This document shows, piece by piece, positions 24,216-36,365 of a stretch of 64,000 nt of DNA (its first letter is position 1; each line of letters opens with the position of its first letter). Made by a program: the position numbers and the translations under genes. The notes under the pieces are model-generated. The model saw only the letters and a list, made by a program, of their open reading frames with translations, made no database searches and was not told where the DNA came from. The DNA comes from Squalus acanthias (taxonomy: Eukaryota), in the NCBI GenBank assembly GCA_030390025.1, contig CM059432.1, positions 8,494,001-8,558,000 on the forward strand, given 5' to 3'.

Positions 24216-25670
24216 ATATCATACTGTAAAAAAAAACACTGGATATACGGAAATGAGAGCAAGGCTAGCAGTTCATTTCTGGATTAGGTTGATGATTTCT
24301 GAATCAAAGATCGATTTACTATCCAGTAATCACAACCATATACCCATTAGCTTTTCTTTTGACAGACACAGCTTGTTATCTCTAAGTACCTTATGGTGTT
24401 AAGTAATATCTGCGTAACGTTATTTTTTTTTTTAAAAAAGCTTGTATCCTGAAGGGTCGCCTTCAAGAGATGCAATGTGACTCCAGTGTTATATTTTACA
24501 GCCTTTGTGCCTCATCATTGGAGGATAATAAGAACCGGGAGTCTCTGAGCAGAGTCTGTTTCACTCCCGTTGGGTAATTATTGGATGTTATTCAGCACTT
24601 CTGCAAAAAAGATCATATTTTCTCTGCTCATTATTACTTAATATAGCTTGTGAAAATTTGATTCTGTGAAAGAGCAAAGAAGTTATTTAAAAGGTCACGT
24701 CAGAGCTGCTTAGTTCCATTTTAAAATGTCGTGCACTACCATAAACTGAAATGTTCAACTTCCTGAAGAGCGCTTGTAATACTATTTCACGAGGTGTGCT
24801 GTTGCACCAGTCAGCAGCTGATCCCTTGTTATCCCAGGTAACTATCTCGTTATCAGATGATATGATCAGCACAGTGCCACGAATGCAATTCCTGGCACTT
24901 GTAACACTGATGCACACTGGTTTCTGGTTAAGGTACAGATCAGCCATGATCTAATTGAATGGTGGAGCAGGCTCGAGGGGCTGAATTGTCCAGCATGCTC
25001 CTAGGTAGATTTCAGGCTGGATTTTGTCAGTGTGGGCGGGCTGGGGCGTGTCAGGTGGAAATTGTGCCAGGACCCCGACTCCGAAGAGATGTGTTGAAAA
25101 AGTGGGATTTTCCCCTAATTGGGCAATTGATTTCCTGCGTGTGGGAACCACTGGCCCAATGAGTCTTTTCATACAGAAAGTCGCCTCCGATGACGTCATC
25201 AATGCTGTTGGATTTAAGGCCTGCAAGCAGCCTTGATTCTTCTGGAGACTGGAAACGCTTTGGACATTTTATGAAGGACTTCATTTACCGACCATGTCCA
25301 CCAGCAAGCAAAAGTGTGCACCTCGCTTTGATGAGCCCTCCCTCCAAGCTCTGCTTGAGGGAGCAAGATCTAATAAGGAGGTGCTCTTCCCTTCCTCAGG
25401 GAGAAAAAAGCCACCACAACAGACTAAAGCTGTGTGGCTGCAAGTGGCCCAGGAGGTCAATGCCATCTCTATGTGCCGCAGAACCTGGCTGCAGTGCAGG
25501 AAGAGGTTTCATGACCTTCTCCACACAGGAAAAGTGAGTATGACTTTCCCATCACCCTCAATCTGATCCCCATCGCCTCTCCTCACCAGCACTCAGCTTT
25601 GGCAACCTCTTCCTCCACATCCCACTTTACACTGACATCCCTGCACCCTTACCCATTCCCTCTCTCTCTA

Positions 25671-26129
25671 TGTGAGAAGTCGCACAACACCAGGTTATAG
25701 TCCAACAGTTTTATTTGAAATCACAAGCTTTCGGAGCGCTGCTCCATCGTCAGGTGAAGTGAAGAGATGCATATAGGCACAGCATATATAGTCAGAGAAC
25801 ACTGCCAGATGATTACAGTTAATCTTTCTAACTGTCCTTTATCACACCTCGGCAGAGAGATAATCACGACAATCAAAGGTGTGGATGGTGTCCAAACAGG
25901 TCAGACAGGAAAACATTACATCAAAGACAATGAGGTGGGGTCACAAGGGGTCAATGTGGCAGATGCTGGGGTCTGTATGGAAAACAAAAAACTTTTTTTG
26001 CTGGAAATCACAGCCGGTCCGGCCGCATCTGTGTCGAGAGAACAAGCCAATGACGACTCGAGTCTGGATGACTCTACGTCAGGTGGGGTTACATGTAGCG
26101 TGACATGAACCCAAGATCCCGGTTGAGGC
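25671..26129 (-). mobile_element. Penelope-like element 3' end in intron 1 of the Myb gene; hammerhead at 25721-25757
   Basis: Minus strand encodes GLNRDLGFMSRYM* (GIY-YIG C-terminus) followed by the pLTR with CTGACGA..GAAAGCTT; TSD ctctctatg. Confidence 0.85.
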
Positions 26130-27589
26130 CTCTCTATGGTCACATTTACTTAACTATTCGACCATGCAGCCCTCACACTCCCTATCACTGTGACGCAATG
26201 ACAACAACTTACAACACACAGGGAGGGCCCTTTGTCTCCTTCTAAGCATCTATGCTATGGATTCTCTACACTCACTCCTTCATTCGCACTCAAACTCCAC
26301 TTGTGTCCCTCATTGCAGGAAAAGAGAGCCCACAATAAGAGGGAAAGAGCAAGGACAGGAGGAGGGCTACCCTCAGTAGCCCAGCTCACCACCTCGGAGG
26401 AGGCGGCCCTGGAAATTGCCGGGATCGAGGAGGATTCCCAAGTGGGGGACGGACAGGCGGGCGCATCACAGCAAGCTGGTGACAGAATAGTTTGGCATCT
26501 GTCTCATTGACATTGCATGAGTGACGGATAATGATTCTGATGCGCTAACAGATTGACTTATGATTATCTGCTCAATTCAATGTGCATGCAACCTTTACCT
26601 CACATCTCTAACTCTTTCCTTCACTCCCCCACAGGACCATCGAAAGCCCCCATCCCCACTGTCCAGGAGGAAGAGCCTGAGCTTCCAGACTCCTCAGAGG
26701 AAGCTGCAACCTCTGAGGGCGCTCCGTCAGCGGAATTAAGCACACCCTTCACCAGCGCAGACACTCACACCTCGGTGGGGCCTTCGGGACATAGAGTAGT
26801 GTTGTCACCTGGTGTATCACAGCTCACAAATGAGCATCAGCAGATGGTGGAGACAGGGACAGCAGTGGAGAAGATGCTCCCAGCTCAGCTCGCAATTCCC
26901 CCTAACATATCCCAGCTACTCGTAAGACCGGCTCCCCCATTGAAGATGGAGGACTTACAGACCTGAGGCTCCCTGAGCTGCTCAAGGCCTTGCAACAACT
27001 CTTCAAGAGGTTAGGAAGGTTTGCCTACTCTGCCTATTTCCGGGGTTACTCGGCCAGTCGTTTAGACAACACCGCGGTGTTGCCCGGTGGGACCTCGTGG
27101 AGGTACGACTCACTGTGATATAGAACTCACCGAAGATTATCACAGCTACGTTGTAACCCTAAACTCAACTCATGGGAGCCCAAGAGAGTCCTCAACTCAG
27201 TAGAACCCCAAGCTGACTCTCGCCTCAATAGAACATTGAGGGAGTCCTTCGCCTGGTAGAACCATGAAAGAGTCCCCAACCTGAGCCGCTCGAGGTAGTG
27301 TTGCCCATACCACCAAGCCCATCCTATCCCCATAACCCCACATATTTAATCCCCCCTAACACTAAGGGTCAATTTATCATAGCCAAATCAACCTAACCCA
27401 CATCATGTCGACCCTGTGCCTCTGGGTCCATCCAGAAGGAGAGCGGTGTTGGAACTCCAGGAAGAGGTGCAGAAGTCTCTGGCAGGTTTTGTCTCCAGGG
27501 TCGCTGTGAGTGTGGAGCGAATGGAGGAGTTCATCGCTAACATGAGCAGATCCTTTGTGGAGGTGTTTGCGCATGAACACATCACCACG

Positions 27590-27694
27590 GAAAGGATGGC
27601 AACATCCTTAGAAAGGATGGCTACCTCCATGGTAAGGCTGGCTACCGTAGAGGAGAGGATGGCTACAGTAGAGGAGAGGTTGGCTACGTCCATG
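27590..27694 (+). repeat. Five 21-nt coding tandem repeats (heptads)
   Basis: ERMATSL/ERMATSM/VRLATVE/ERMATVE/ERLATSM. Confidence 0.85.
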
Positions 27695-29362
27695 GAGGAG
27701 CTTAGTCGCCAGGGTATGGAAAACATGGTAATTGTTCAGAATAGACTGACATCTCTTGAGGAGCGATGTTCAGCTATTGAGCAAACAAACCAGACCTTCA
27801 TGCAAGTCCTCTGGAGTAGGACTTCCAGTGCAGAAACGGGTCCTCATGGCCCCCCTGCAGTGCAGCAAGGTGCTGTCCAGCCACTTGCTAGCTCTGAAGT
27901 GGGGCTGACCCATGAGAGGGATGTTGGTGGCAGACAACAAGGAAGTGGGGGCTCCTCTCCAAGCGCTCACATGACCATGCCACTGCAGAGCCCTTGGTCA
28001 GAGCCCCACCAGAGTCCCCACCCAACTGCAGGAGCAGCAGACTGTTGCCGAGCCCTCACAGGTTCGCAACCCCAGAGGACACCCGCCAAAGGTGTCGAGA
28101 CAGGAGCAGCAAGAAAGTGAGCAAGGGGCCTCCACATCTGCTGAAGCCACAGGGGAAGCACCACGTAGGAACATGCGTAAGAGGAAGATAATTCACAAGT
28201 AGTCACAAGGGTAGTCACTTGGGTGTAATGTTGTGTTTAATTTTGAAAAACCATCAGTTGCTTATTGTCATAAAAAATTCTGATGGCAAACTGTTGCAGT
28301 TGTGGCGTGTGTCATTTCGCTAATGGGACTTCCACATTGAGGGCTTAGGGCGACTTGAAATTGTCAGTATGGTGGTCAGAGTGATAGGAATCTGCAGGTT
28401 CTTGGCCATTGTCGATGGTCTGATAAGAAGGTGCGAGGCAAAAGTGTTTGATTGAGCAGGCTAAGCAAATCTGGCCAAGATAAGTGCGTCCTTTGCAACC
28501 CGGGCAGCAATGTGGTCGCGTGCTGGTGCCTTCTGGCCTGTGCAGCTTCAGGTGGGTGAGCAGCAGCTTGGCGCTCCTGTTGTTGCTGCTGCTGTTGGTG
28601 GTGCTGTTGTTCATGGTTCTGCTGCTGCCACGGCTGGTCTTCGTCCGAATGTGATGTCCAGGAGGAAAGGAAATAAATGGTTCCCATGCTTCTGGTATAT
28701 GCCTCAGTTGAGGAAGCGCTCAGTCAAGTTGGCGAGAGGGGTTTCCCAGGAGGTCACACTGGAGATGGTTGTCAGGCTCCAAACTTCCACAACAATGTGT
28801 AGGCCTGCTAAAAGTTTCCCCAGACCTGAGACAACAAAGTTCTGCCACCTGCAAATGATGATTGCTGAAAACTCCTTTTTAATGGTGGAGCTGCAGCTGT
28901 TAGTAAGCAGTCCACTTGTGAGGCCCCCAGGATTCACTGGCGTGTTCCAGAGGAGACGTGCAGGACGTGGGAAAAGTGGTAATTTCAGAAAGGCCTCTCA
29001 AAATGGGTTTATAGAGACACTTAACTGGTTGTTAAGGGCCTTAATGGCCTATCCCGCCTCTTGGAGGCAGGATGGAAACGGGGTCAGAAAACACGCATTT
29101 GGGAAAATTGCTCGGAGGCGGGATGGAGGTGGGATCGGGCCTGCCCGCCATTTTTTTGCAATTTTACTACCTCACACGCCTCCAATCCCGCCTCCTCGGG
29201 CCTGGTAAAATCGAGCCCGTAGTGTCTGAAGGGCAGCACGTCTGGACTGGAACTTCTCTATCCTCCACTGTGTGCTCAGGTCCTCCCACAACCCAAAAAA
29301 TGAGGAGGGGGCCACCCATACCCACACCCAACTCCATGTTCACCCAGAATTCAGGGACCAAC

Positions 29363-29912
29363 TTCCCACCATCTACAAGGCACAAGTAAGGAGTGTCATG
29401 GAATACTCTCCACTTGCCTGGATGAGTGCAGCTCCAACAACACTCAAGAAGCTCGACACCATCCAGGACAAAGCAGCCCGTTTGATTGGCACCCCATCCA
29501 CCACCTTAAACATTCACTCCCTCCACCACCGGCGTACCGTGGCTGCAGTGTGTACCATCTACAAGATGCACTGCAGCAACTCGCCAAGGCTTCTTCGGCA
29601 GCACGTCCCAAATCCGCGACCTCTTTCACCTAGAAAGACAAGGGCAGCAGGCGCATGGGAACACCACCACCTCCAAGTTCCCCTCCAAGTCACACACCAT
29701 CCTGACTTAGAAGTACATCGCCGATCCTTCATCGTCGCTGGGTCAAAATCCTGGAACTCCCTCCCTAACAGCACTGTGGGAGCACCTTCACCACACGGAC
29801 TGCAGCGGTTCAAGAAAGCAGCTCACCACCACCTTCTCAAGGGCAACTAGGGATGGGCAATAAATGCTGGCCTTGCCAGCGACGCCCATATCCCATAAGC
29901 GAATAAAAAAAA
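29363..29912 (+). mobile_element. LINE-X 3' end
   Basis: TIYKAQVRSVMEYSPLAW...FKKAAHHHLLKGN*; A-tail. Confidence 0.85.
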
Positions 29913-30571
29913 TACTTGCGAGGACTGCGTGGAGCATCGTTTGAACCTTGCATCTCCTGACTTCAAGGTGGGAATGCTACCACTAGTTCAAAGGCTCACT
30001 CCTGAGTTGAAGGCGTCGGGGTGGGAGAAGAGAAGGGACATTGCATGTTGCAAGCACAGTGCAAACCTGATAGTTGGTCACTTTATTTGTAAGTTTCTTT
30101 CTGAAGCAAGAAACAAATGAAAAAGGTTATCTTTCATCAACTGCAAAAACCGGCAGCTAAACCTCATCTCTCACATTCTGCTGAACATATATTTGTGCTG
30201 AGTACTTGGGCTCTTAGTTATGAGGAGAGATTCACAGAAATAAGGAAGAAAGATTTGCATTTATATAGTGCAGTTCCCAAAATGTCTCACAGCCAATGAA
30301 GTGTAGTCACTGTTGTAATGTAGGAAATGCAGCATCCAATTTGCGCACAGCAAGCTCCCACAAACAGCAATGTGATAATTGCCAGATCATCTGTTTTATT
30401 GCTGTTGGTTGAGGGATAAATATTGGCCAGGACACCAGGGGAGAACTCCCCTGCTCTTCTTCCTACTGTGCTATGATCTATTATGATGCGGAGATGCCGG
30501 TGTTGGACTGGGGTGGACAAAAGTGAGAAGTCGCACAACACCAGGTTATAGTCCAACAGTTTTATTTGAAA

Positions 30572-30608
30572 TCACAAGCTTTCGGAGCGCTGCTCCTTCG
30601 TCAGGTGA
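30572..30608 (-). ncRNA. Minimal hammerhead ribozyme
   Basis: Minus strand reads TCACCTGACGAAGGAGCAGCGCTCCGAAAGCTTGTGA. Confidence 0.8.
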
Positions 30609-30639
30609 AGTGAAGAAAATCTTCACTTTTTTCTTCACT

Positions 30640-30676
30640 TCACCTGACGAAGGAGCAGCGCTCCGAAAGCTTGTGA
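30640..30676 (+). ncRNA. Minimal hammerhead ribozyme
   Basis: TCACCTGACGAAGGAGCAGCGCTCCGAAAGCTTGTGA with intact cores and stems. Confidence 0.8.
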
Positions 30677-31374
30677 TTTCAAATAAAGCTGTTGGACTAT
30701 AACCTGGTGTTGTGCGGCTTCTCACTTATGATCTATTATGTCCACCTGAAAGGGCAGACAGGGTCTTGGTTCAACATCTCATCCGAAAGACGGTGCAGTT
30801 CTCCCTGAGTAAGGCACTGGATTACGTACTCAAGTCTCTGGAGTGCGACTCTGAACCCACAACCTTCTGATTCAGAGGCAAGAGTGCTACCAACTGAGCC
30901 ACGGCTGACACTTTGACCTGAATTTCATTGGAGAAAAAAAAAATGAAAGGAGGCATAATCCAAGTCTTGAAAACATTGATGCAGAGGTAATCAAGGGTTT
31001 ATTCAGCGCTCCAGTGCTCCCAGGAGATAGTCTTGCTTGATGGGAGAGCGAGTCAGTGAATTGGCACCACAGTGGTGTAGCCCTATCTTTGAGGCAAGCT
31101 TCCATCAAGGAGGCTTGGCAAGGGGAGCGCTGGATCATTGAATTTACCACACAGGCTGTGACCATAGAATGGGAGGGCACAATTAACAAACCTCAAAAGA
31201 GAGTAGAAATTAAACAAAACTTTTTTCCCCCACATAATACTGGATGATTACAATCAACTCTCAGCAAAAGGACTGACTTCAACTCGATTAATTGCTTCAA
31301 AAAGGAACTGAATCAATATCTGGGGGGAAAATTGCTCCGTTGCTATGTGTATTGACATCATAAATGTGTTGATT

Positions 31375-32716
31375 AAATTTTTTTTTTCCGTTCCTGAGAT
31401 GTGGGCGTCGCTGGCAAGGCCAGCATTTATTGCCCATTCATAATTGCCCTTGAGAAGGTGGTGGTGAGCCGCCTTCTTGAACCGCTGCAGTCCGTGTGGT
31501 GAAGGTACTCCCACAGTGCTGTTAGGGAGGGAGTTCCAGGATTTTGACCCAGCGACGATGAAGGATCGGCAATATATTTCCAAGTCAGGATGGTGTGTGA
31601 CTTGGAGGGGGTGATGTTCCCATGTGCCTGCTCCCCTTGTCCTCGGTGGTAGAGGTTGTGGGTTTTGGAGGTGTTGTCGAAGAAGCCTTGGCGAGTTGCT
31701 GCAATGCATCTTGTAGATGGTACACACTGCAGCCACGGTACACCGGTGCTGAAGGGAGTGAATGTTTAAGGTGGTGGATGGGGTGCCGATCAAGCGGGCT
31801 GCTTTGTCCTTTGTCGAGCTTCTTGAGTGTTGTTGGAGCTGCACTGATCCAGGCAAGTGGAGAGTATTCCATCACACTCCTTACTTGTGCCTTGTAGATG
31901 GTGGAAAGGCTTTGGGGAGTCAGGAGGTGAGACACTCGCCGCAGAATACCCAGCCTCTGACCTGCTCTTGTAGCCACAGTAATTATGTGGTTGGTCCAGT
32001 TAGGTTTCTGGTCAATGGTGACCCCCAGGATGTTGATGGTGGGGGATTCAATGATGGTAATGCCATTGAATGTCAAGGGGATGTGGTTAGAATTCTTCTT
32101 GTGGGAAATGGTCATTGCCTGGCACTTGTGTGGCGTGAATGTTACTTGTTACGTATCAGCCCAAGCCTGAATGTCGTCCAGGTCTTGCTGCATGCGGGCA
32201 TGGACTGCTTCATTATCTGAGGAGTACGAATGGAACTGAATACTGTGCAGTCACAGAACAGAAGAATCCCCACAATGCAGATAGAGGCCATTTCGGCCCA
32301 TCAAGCCTGCACCGACACTTATCCCACCCTATCCCCGTAACCCCACGTATTTAATCCCCCTAACACTAAGGGTCAATTTATCATAGCCAAATCAACCTAA
32401 CCCGCACATCTTTGGACTGTGGGAGGAAACCGGAGCACCCGGAGGAAACCCACGCTGACACGGGGAGAATGTGCAAACTCCACACAGACAGTCACCCGAG
32501 GCCGGATTCGAACCCGGGTCCCTGGCGCTGTGCGGCAACAGTGCTAACCACAATGCCACCGTGTTGTCATCAGCGAACATCCCCATTTATGACCTTATGA
32601 TGGAGGGAAGGTCATTGATGAAGCAGCTGAAGATTTTTGGGCCTAGGCCACTGCTCTGAGGAACCACTGCAGCAATGTCCTGGGGCTGAGATGATTGACC
32701 TCCAACAACCACAACT
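31375..32716 (-). mobile_element. LINE-X RT fragment interrupted by an HE1 SINE
   Basis: GMFADD at the 32563-32586 junction; INILGVTIDQKPNW; TIYKAQVRSVMEY. Confidence 0.85.
32254..32566 (-). mobile_element. HE1-like V-SINE, full length
   Basis: A-box tggcattgtggttagc, B-box ggttcgaatcc, V-domain gtgtggagtttgcacattctccccgtg...gggtttcctccgggtgctccggtttcctccca. Confidence 0.9.
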
Positions 32717-32744
32717 ATTGGTATTTCTAATCGTTGGCATTTCT

Positions 32745-33243
32745 AAAGACTCGGCTACCCATGTCCTAACTCGCACCAAGTCCCGTTCGCCCATCACCCC
32801 TGTGCTCCCGGTTAAGCAGTGTCTCGATTTCAAAATTCTCATCCTTGTTTTCAAATCCCTCCATGGCCTCGCCCCTCCCTATCGCTGTAATCTCCTTCAG
32901 CCCCAAAACCCCCCGAGATATCTGCGCTCTTCTAATTCTGCCCTCTTGAGCATCCCTGATTATAATCGCTCAACCATTGGTGGTCGTGCCTTCAGCTGCC
33001 TAGGCCCTAAGCTCTGGAATTCCCTGCCTAAACCTCTCCGCCTCGCTACCTCTCTTTCCTCCTTTAAGACACTCCTTAAAACCTACCTCTTTGACCAAGC
33101 TTTTGGTCACCTGCCCTAATTTATCCTTATGTGGATCGGTGTCAAATATTTTTTGTCTTAAAAATACTCCTGTGACGCGCCTTGGGACGTTTTACTACGT
33201 TAAAGGTGCTATATAAATACAAGTTGTTGTTGTTGTTGTTGTT
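32745..33243 (+). mobile_element. L2 3' fragment
   Basis: FKILILVFKSLHGLAPPY...FKTLLKTYLF; (gtt)n tail. Confidence 0.9.
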
Positions 33244-33374
33244 TGAATCCATTGATTATTCCACTAGAGATACTGACCAATCGTGATCTTTCTCAACATA
33301 CTTACCATGTCGCAACACCTGATGGCCAGAGCAATTCTGCATCCCTGGATACAAATGGGATTGGAAGATACAAG

Positions 33375-34742
33375 AATAGGGGTCTGGAACTCACTGCCTG
33401 AAAGGATGGTAGAGGCAGAAACCCTCATCACATTTAAAAAGTACTTGGATATGCACTTGAAGTGCCGGAACCTACAGAGCTACGGACCAAGAGCTGGGAA
33501 GTGGGATTAGACTGGATAGCTCTTTTTCAGCTGGCACGGACACAATGGGCCGAATGGCCTCCTTCTGTGCCGTAAATTTCTATGATCCTATGATTCTATG
33601 GTGTTCATCTGCCCGGTGGAGAGACTCATCAATGGGGGTATTGTTGAAAGTCGTGGGGTGATGGCTGGCTTTTCCTTACTGCTGAATGAACAGGAAGACC
33701 CTTCGCTGAGGTAACGTTTGCTAGAAGCGCAACAGGTCTGAGTTAAAAAGTGAAGGTGTGAAGATGAAGGAGTATTCTGGAGATTTGCTCGGCTACCTTC
33801 AGGCAACTGGGAGGAGCTAGCTTGAACTTTCTCTCAGGAGAATAAATTAGTGCGGTAAAGTCCATCGCAGAGAAACAGTGCTGTTTTTGCTCAGTCCTTT
33901 TTTCTGGCTCTATGTAACAAAAATTAAATTTCTGAGGGATAGTTGATTCAAATTTGCTCTGAAAGGTTAAACGGTGACTGCCTCTGATTTTCCCTTCTAT
34001 AAATTAGAGCCAGGCCTTTCAGGAGTGAAGTTAGGAAACACTTCTACACACAAAGGGTGGTAGAAGTTTGGAACTCTCTTCCACAATCGGCAGTTGATGC
34101 TAGATCGATTGTTAATTTTAACTCTGAGATTGATAGATTTTTGTTAACCAAAGGTATTAAGGGATAGGGGCCAAAGGCGGGTATATGGAGTTAGGTCGCA
34201 GGTCAGCCGTGATCTCATTGAATGGCAGAACAGGCTCGAGGGGCTAAGTGGCCTCCTCCTGCTCCTATGTTCCCTTCTCCTGTATTGCAAAGCTCCTTGC
34301 CTCTGATTGGTATCCCACAGTAGAATGGCTGCAATTGAAATTCGGAGTGTGAGGGGATGGTGTGTGCAAATCCCGGATTTCCTGTTGCGCAGAAGCTTGT
34401 AAGAATTTTAATCTTTTTAGAGATGAACGGAATTGCCACAGCAAAACGAGAGGCCATCAATACAAGATAGTCACCAAGAAATCAAATAGGGAATGCAGAA
34501 GAAACTCTTTTACCCAGAGAGTGGTGAGAATGTGGAACTCGCTACCACAGGGAGTGGTTGAAGTGAATAGTATAGATGCAGTTAATGGGAGGCTAGATAA
34601 GCAAATGAGGGAGAAGGGACTAGAGGATTATGCTGATAGAGTTAGATGAGGAAAGGCAGGAGGAGGCTCGAGTGGAGCATAAACGCCGGCATAGACTGGT
34701 TGGGCTGAATGGCCTGTTTCTGTGCTGTATATCCTATGTAAT
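33375..34742 (+). mobile_element. Three short CR1 3' ends (33375-33600, 33998-34272, 34435-34742)
   Basis: Each has WNSLP and a CR1 3' UTR hairpin/tail. Confidence 0.8.
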
Positions 34743-34992
34743 TCTGGTCTGCTAGTTTGTTACAAGGCAGGAATATACCTCGGTGGGCTGAATAGCCTCC
34801 TTATTCCATGCTCTCATTCCTGTACAAAATATTGACACCATGGATTGTATTTTGGTTAAAACTTTAGCAGTCTGTGCAATTGTATTTAATCTCACTTCGG
34901 AGGTTCGTAACCGATTCATTCATCAATGTGACATTGGGATGAAGAACTGTTTTATAAAAAATATCAATCAAGACGCATACTGCATTCTCTTT

Positions 34993-35465
34993 GTCAGCTG
35001 TGGCTCGTTGGTTAGCCCTCTGCCCTCTGAGTCAGAAGGTCGTGGGTTCGTGGCCCCCCCTCCAAGAAACTTGAGCACAAAAATCTAGGCTGACACTCCA
35101 GTGCAGTGCTGAGGGAGAGCTGCACTGTCGGAGGTGCCGTCTTTCAGATGAGATGTTAAACCGAGGCCCCCGTCTGCTCTCTCAGGTGGACGTAAAAGAT
35201 CCCGTGGCACTATTTTGAAGAGCAGGGGAGTTCTCCCCGGTGTCCTGGCCAATATTTATCCCTCAACCAACATCACTAAAAAAAAGATTGCCTGGTCATT
35301 ACCACATTGCTGTTTGTGGGAGCTTGCTGTGTGCAAATTGGCTGCTGCGTTTCCTACACTACTACAGTGACTACACTTAAAAAGTACTTCATTGGCTGTA
35401 AAGCGCTTTGTGATGTCCGGTGGTCGTGAAAGGCGCTATAGAAATGCAAGACTTTCTTTCTTTTT
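34993..35465 (+). mobile_element. DeuSINE (SacSINE1/AmnSINE1-like), full length
   Basis: tRNA-like head; core gtaaaagatcccgtggcactat..gaagagcaggggagttctccccggtgtcctggccaat; L2-like tail aaaggcgctata.aaatgcaag. Confidence 0.9.
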
Positions 35466-35891
35466 CTTTATTAAAGTTGCTTACTGCCCTCATCCTGACC
35501 TCCTGCTGAGAAATTCAAAAAAAAGTACAGTTCCAACATAATTAATTCTGTCAGATAAATTTACCAAGTTTAATGAGGCTGTCTTTGAGATATACAAACA
35601 GGCATTTAAAACTTCCTTTTTCTAGGTTAGCAAATGCCTGGGCACATATAACTACTATGACGGGTGGCTTTTCCTTAATAGACTACATTATTAAAAATCA
35701 TACTTAAAGGTTCAGTATTCCTCTTGGGTTGAAACCAACCCGGGGCCTATTTATAACTTCTGAGAAAGAATCCGCATTATCTTCCTTCTAATATAGGTCA
35801 ACCTTAAGCAAATTGTAATTTAATGAGGAGACAATTTAAAACAATTCTTAAAATCTATTTATTTTCTCCTCTTTCAGTCACTGCATGCCTC

Positions 35892-36365
35892 AACAACAAC
35901 TTGCATTTGTACAGCGCCTTTAATGTAGTAAGTCCCAAGGCGCGTCACAGGAGCGATTATCGAACCAACTTTGACACCGAACCACGTAAGGAGTTATTTG
36001 GACAGGTGACCCAAAGCTTGGTCAAAGAGGGAGGTTTTAAGGAGCATCTTAAAGGAGGAGAGAGAGAGAGGTGGAGATGCGGAGAGGTTTAGGGAGGGAA
36101 TTCCAGAGCTTAGGGCCCCAGGCAGCTGAAGGCACGGCCGCCAATGGTGGAGCGGCGAAAATCAGGGATACTCAAAAAAGCCAGAATTGGAGGAACACAG
36201 GTTTCTCGGAGGGTTGTCGGGCTTACACCAAAGTGATTGGCACGTGACCCATTCCTGGGCTACATTACAACAGTGACTACACTTCAAAAGAGCCTAATTG
36301 GCTGTAAAGCGCCTTGGGACATTCTGAGGTCGTGAAAGGCGCTGTATAAATACAAGTCTTTTTTT
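35892..36365. mobile_element. Minus-strand L2 3' end (35892-36225) and plus-strand DeuSINE tail (36260-36365)
   Basis: Match to other copies in the window. Confidence 0.8.

Larger units (their letters stand above)
25294..28202 (+). pseudogene. Spliced Harbinger Myb/SANT-like (trihelix, NAIF1/MSANTD-type) DNA-binding protein gene; exons 25294-25533, 26319-26478, 26635-28202, last exon disrupted
   Basis: APRFDEPSLQALL...W.QVAQEVNA...RTWLQCRKRFHDL; GT-AG introns with matching phases 0 and 1; exon 2 EKRAHNKRERARTGGG; coiled-coil region; basic C-terminus PRRNMRKRK reached after an apparent frameshift. Confidence 0.85.
25014..29218 (+). mobile_element. Large PIF/Harbinger transposon (4.2 kb): Myb/SANT gene on plus, transposase region apparently deleted
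   Basis: Termini AGGCTGGATTTTG...TAAAATCGAGCCC; subterminal similarity to 16683-17429; contains a Myb-like gene. TSD not clear. Confidence 0.8.
30484..30727. mobile_element. Fold-back Penelope-like terminus (244 bp)
   Basis: ~99-bp inverted arms (30521-30619 / 30629-30727) plus a ~37-bp extension; perfect TSD ATGATCTATTA (30473-30483 / 30728-30738). Confidence 0.9.
30245..30910 (-). mobile_element. DeuSINE interrupted by a palindromic PLE insert
   Basis: Reverse complement of the DeuSINE on both sides of 30484-30727. Confidence 0.85.

Noticed and set aside
28510..29208. 232-aa plus-strand ORF
   Set aside because: It is antisense to a (CAG/CAA)-rich stretch and runs through the subterminal repeat; it has no recognisable domain.
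32470..32566. tRNA gene-like A and B boxes, also at 34993, 39618 and 43948
   Set aside because: These are SINE heads that continue into SINE bodies, with no complete cloverleaf.
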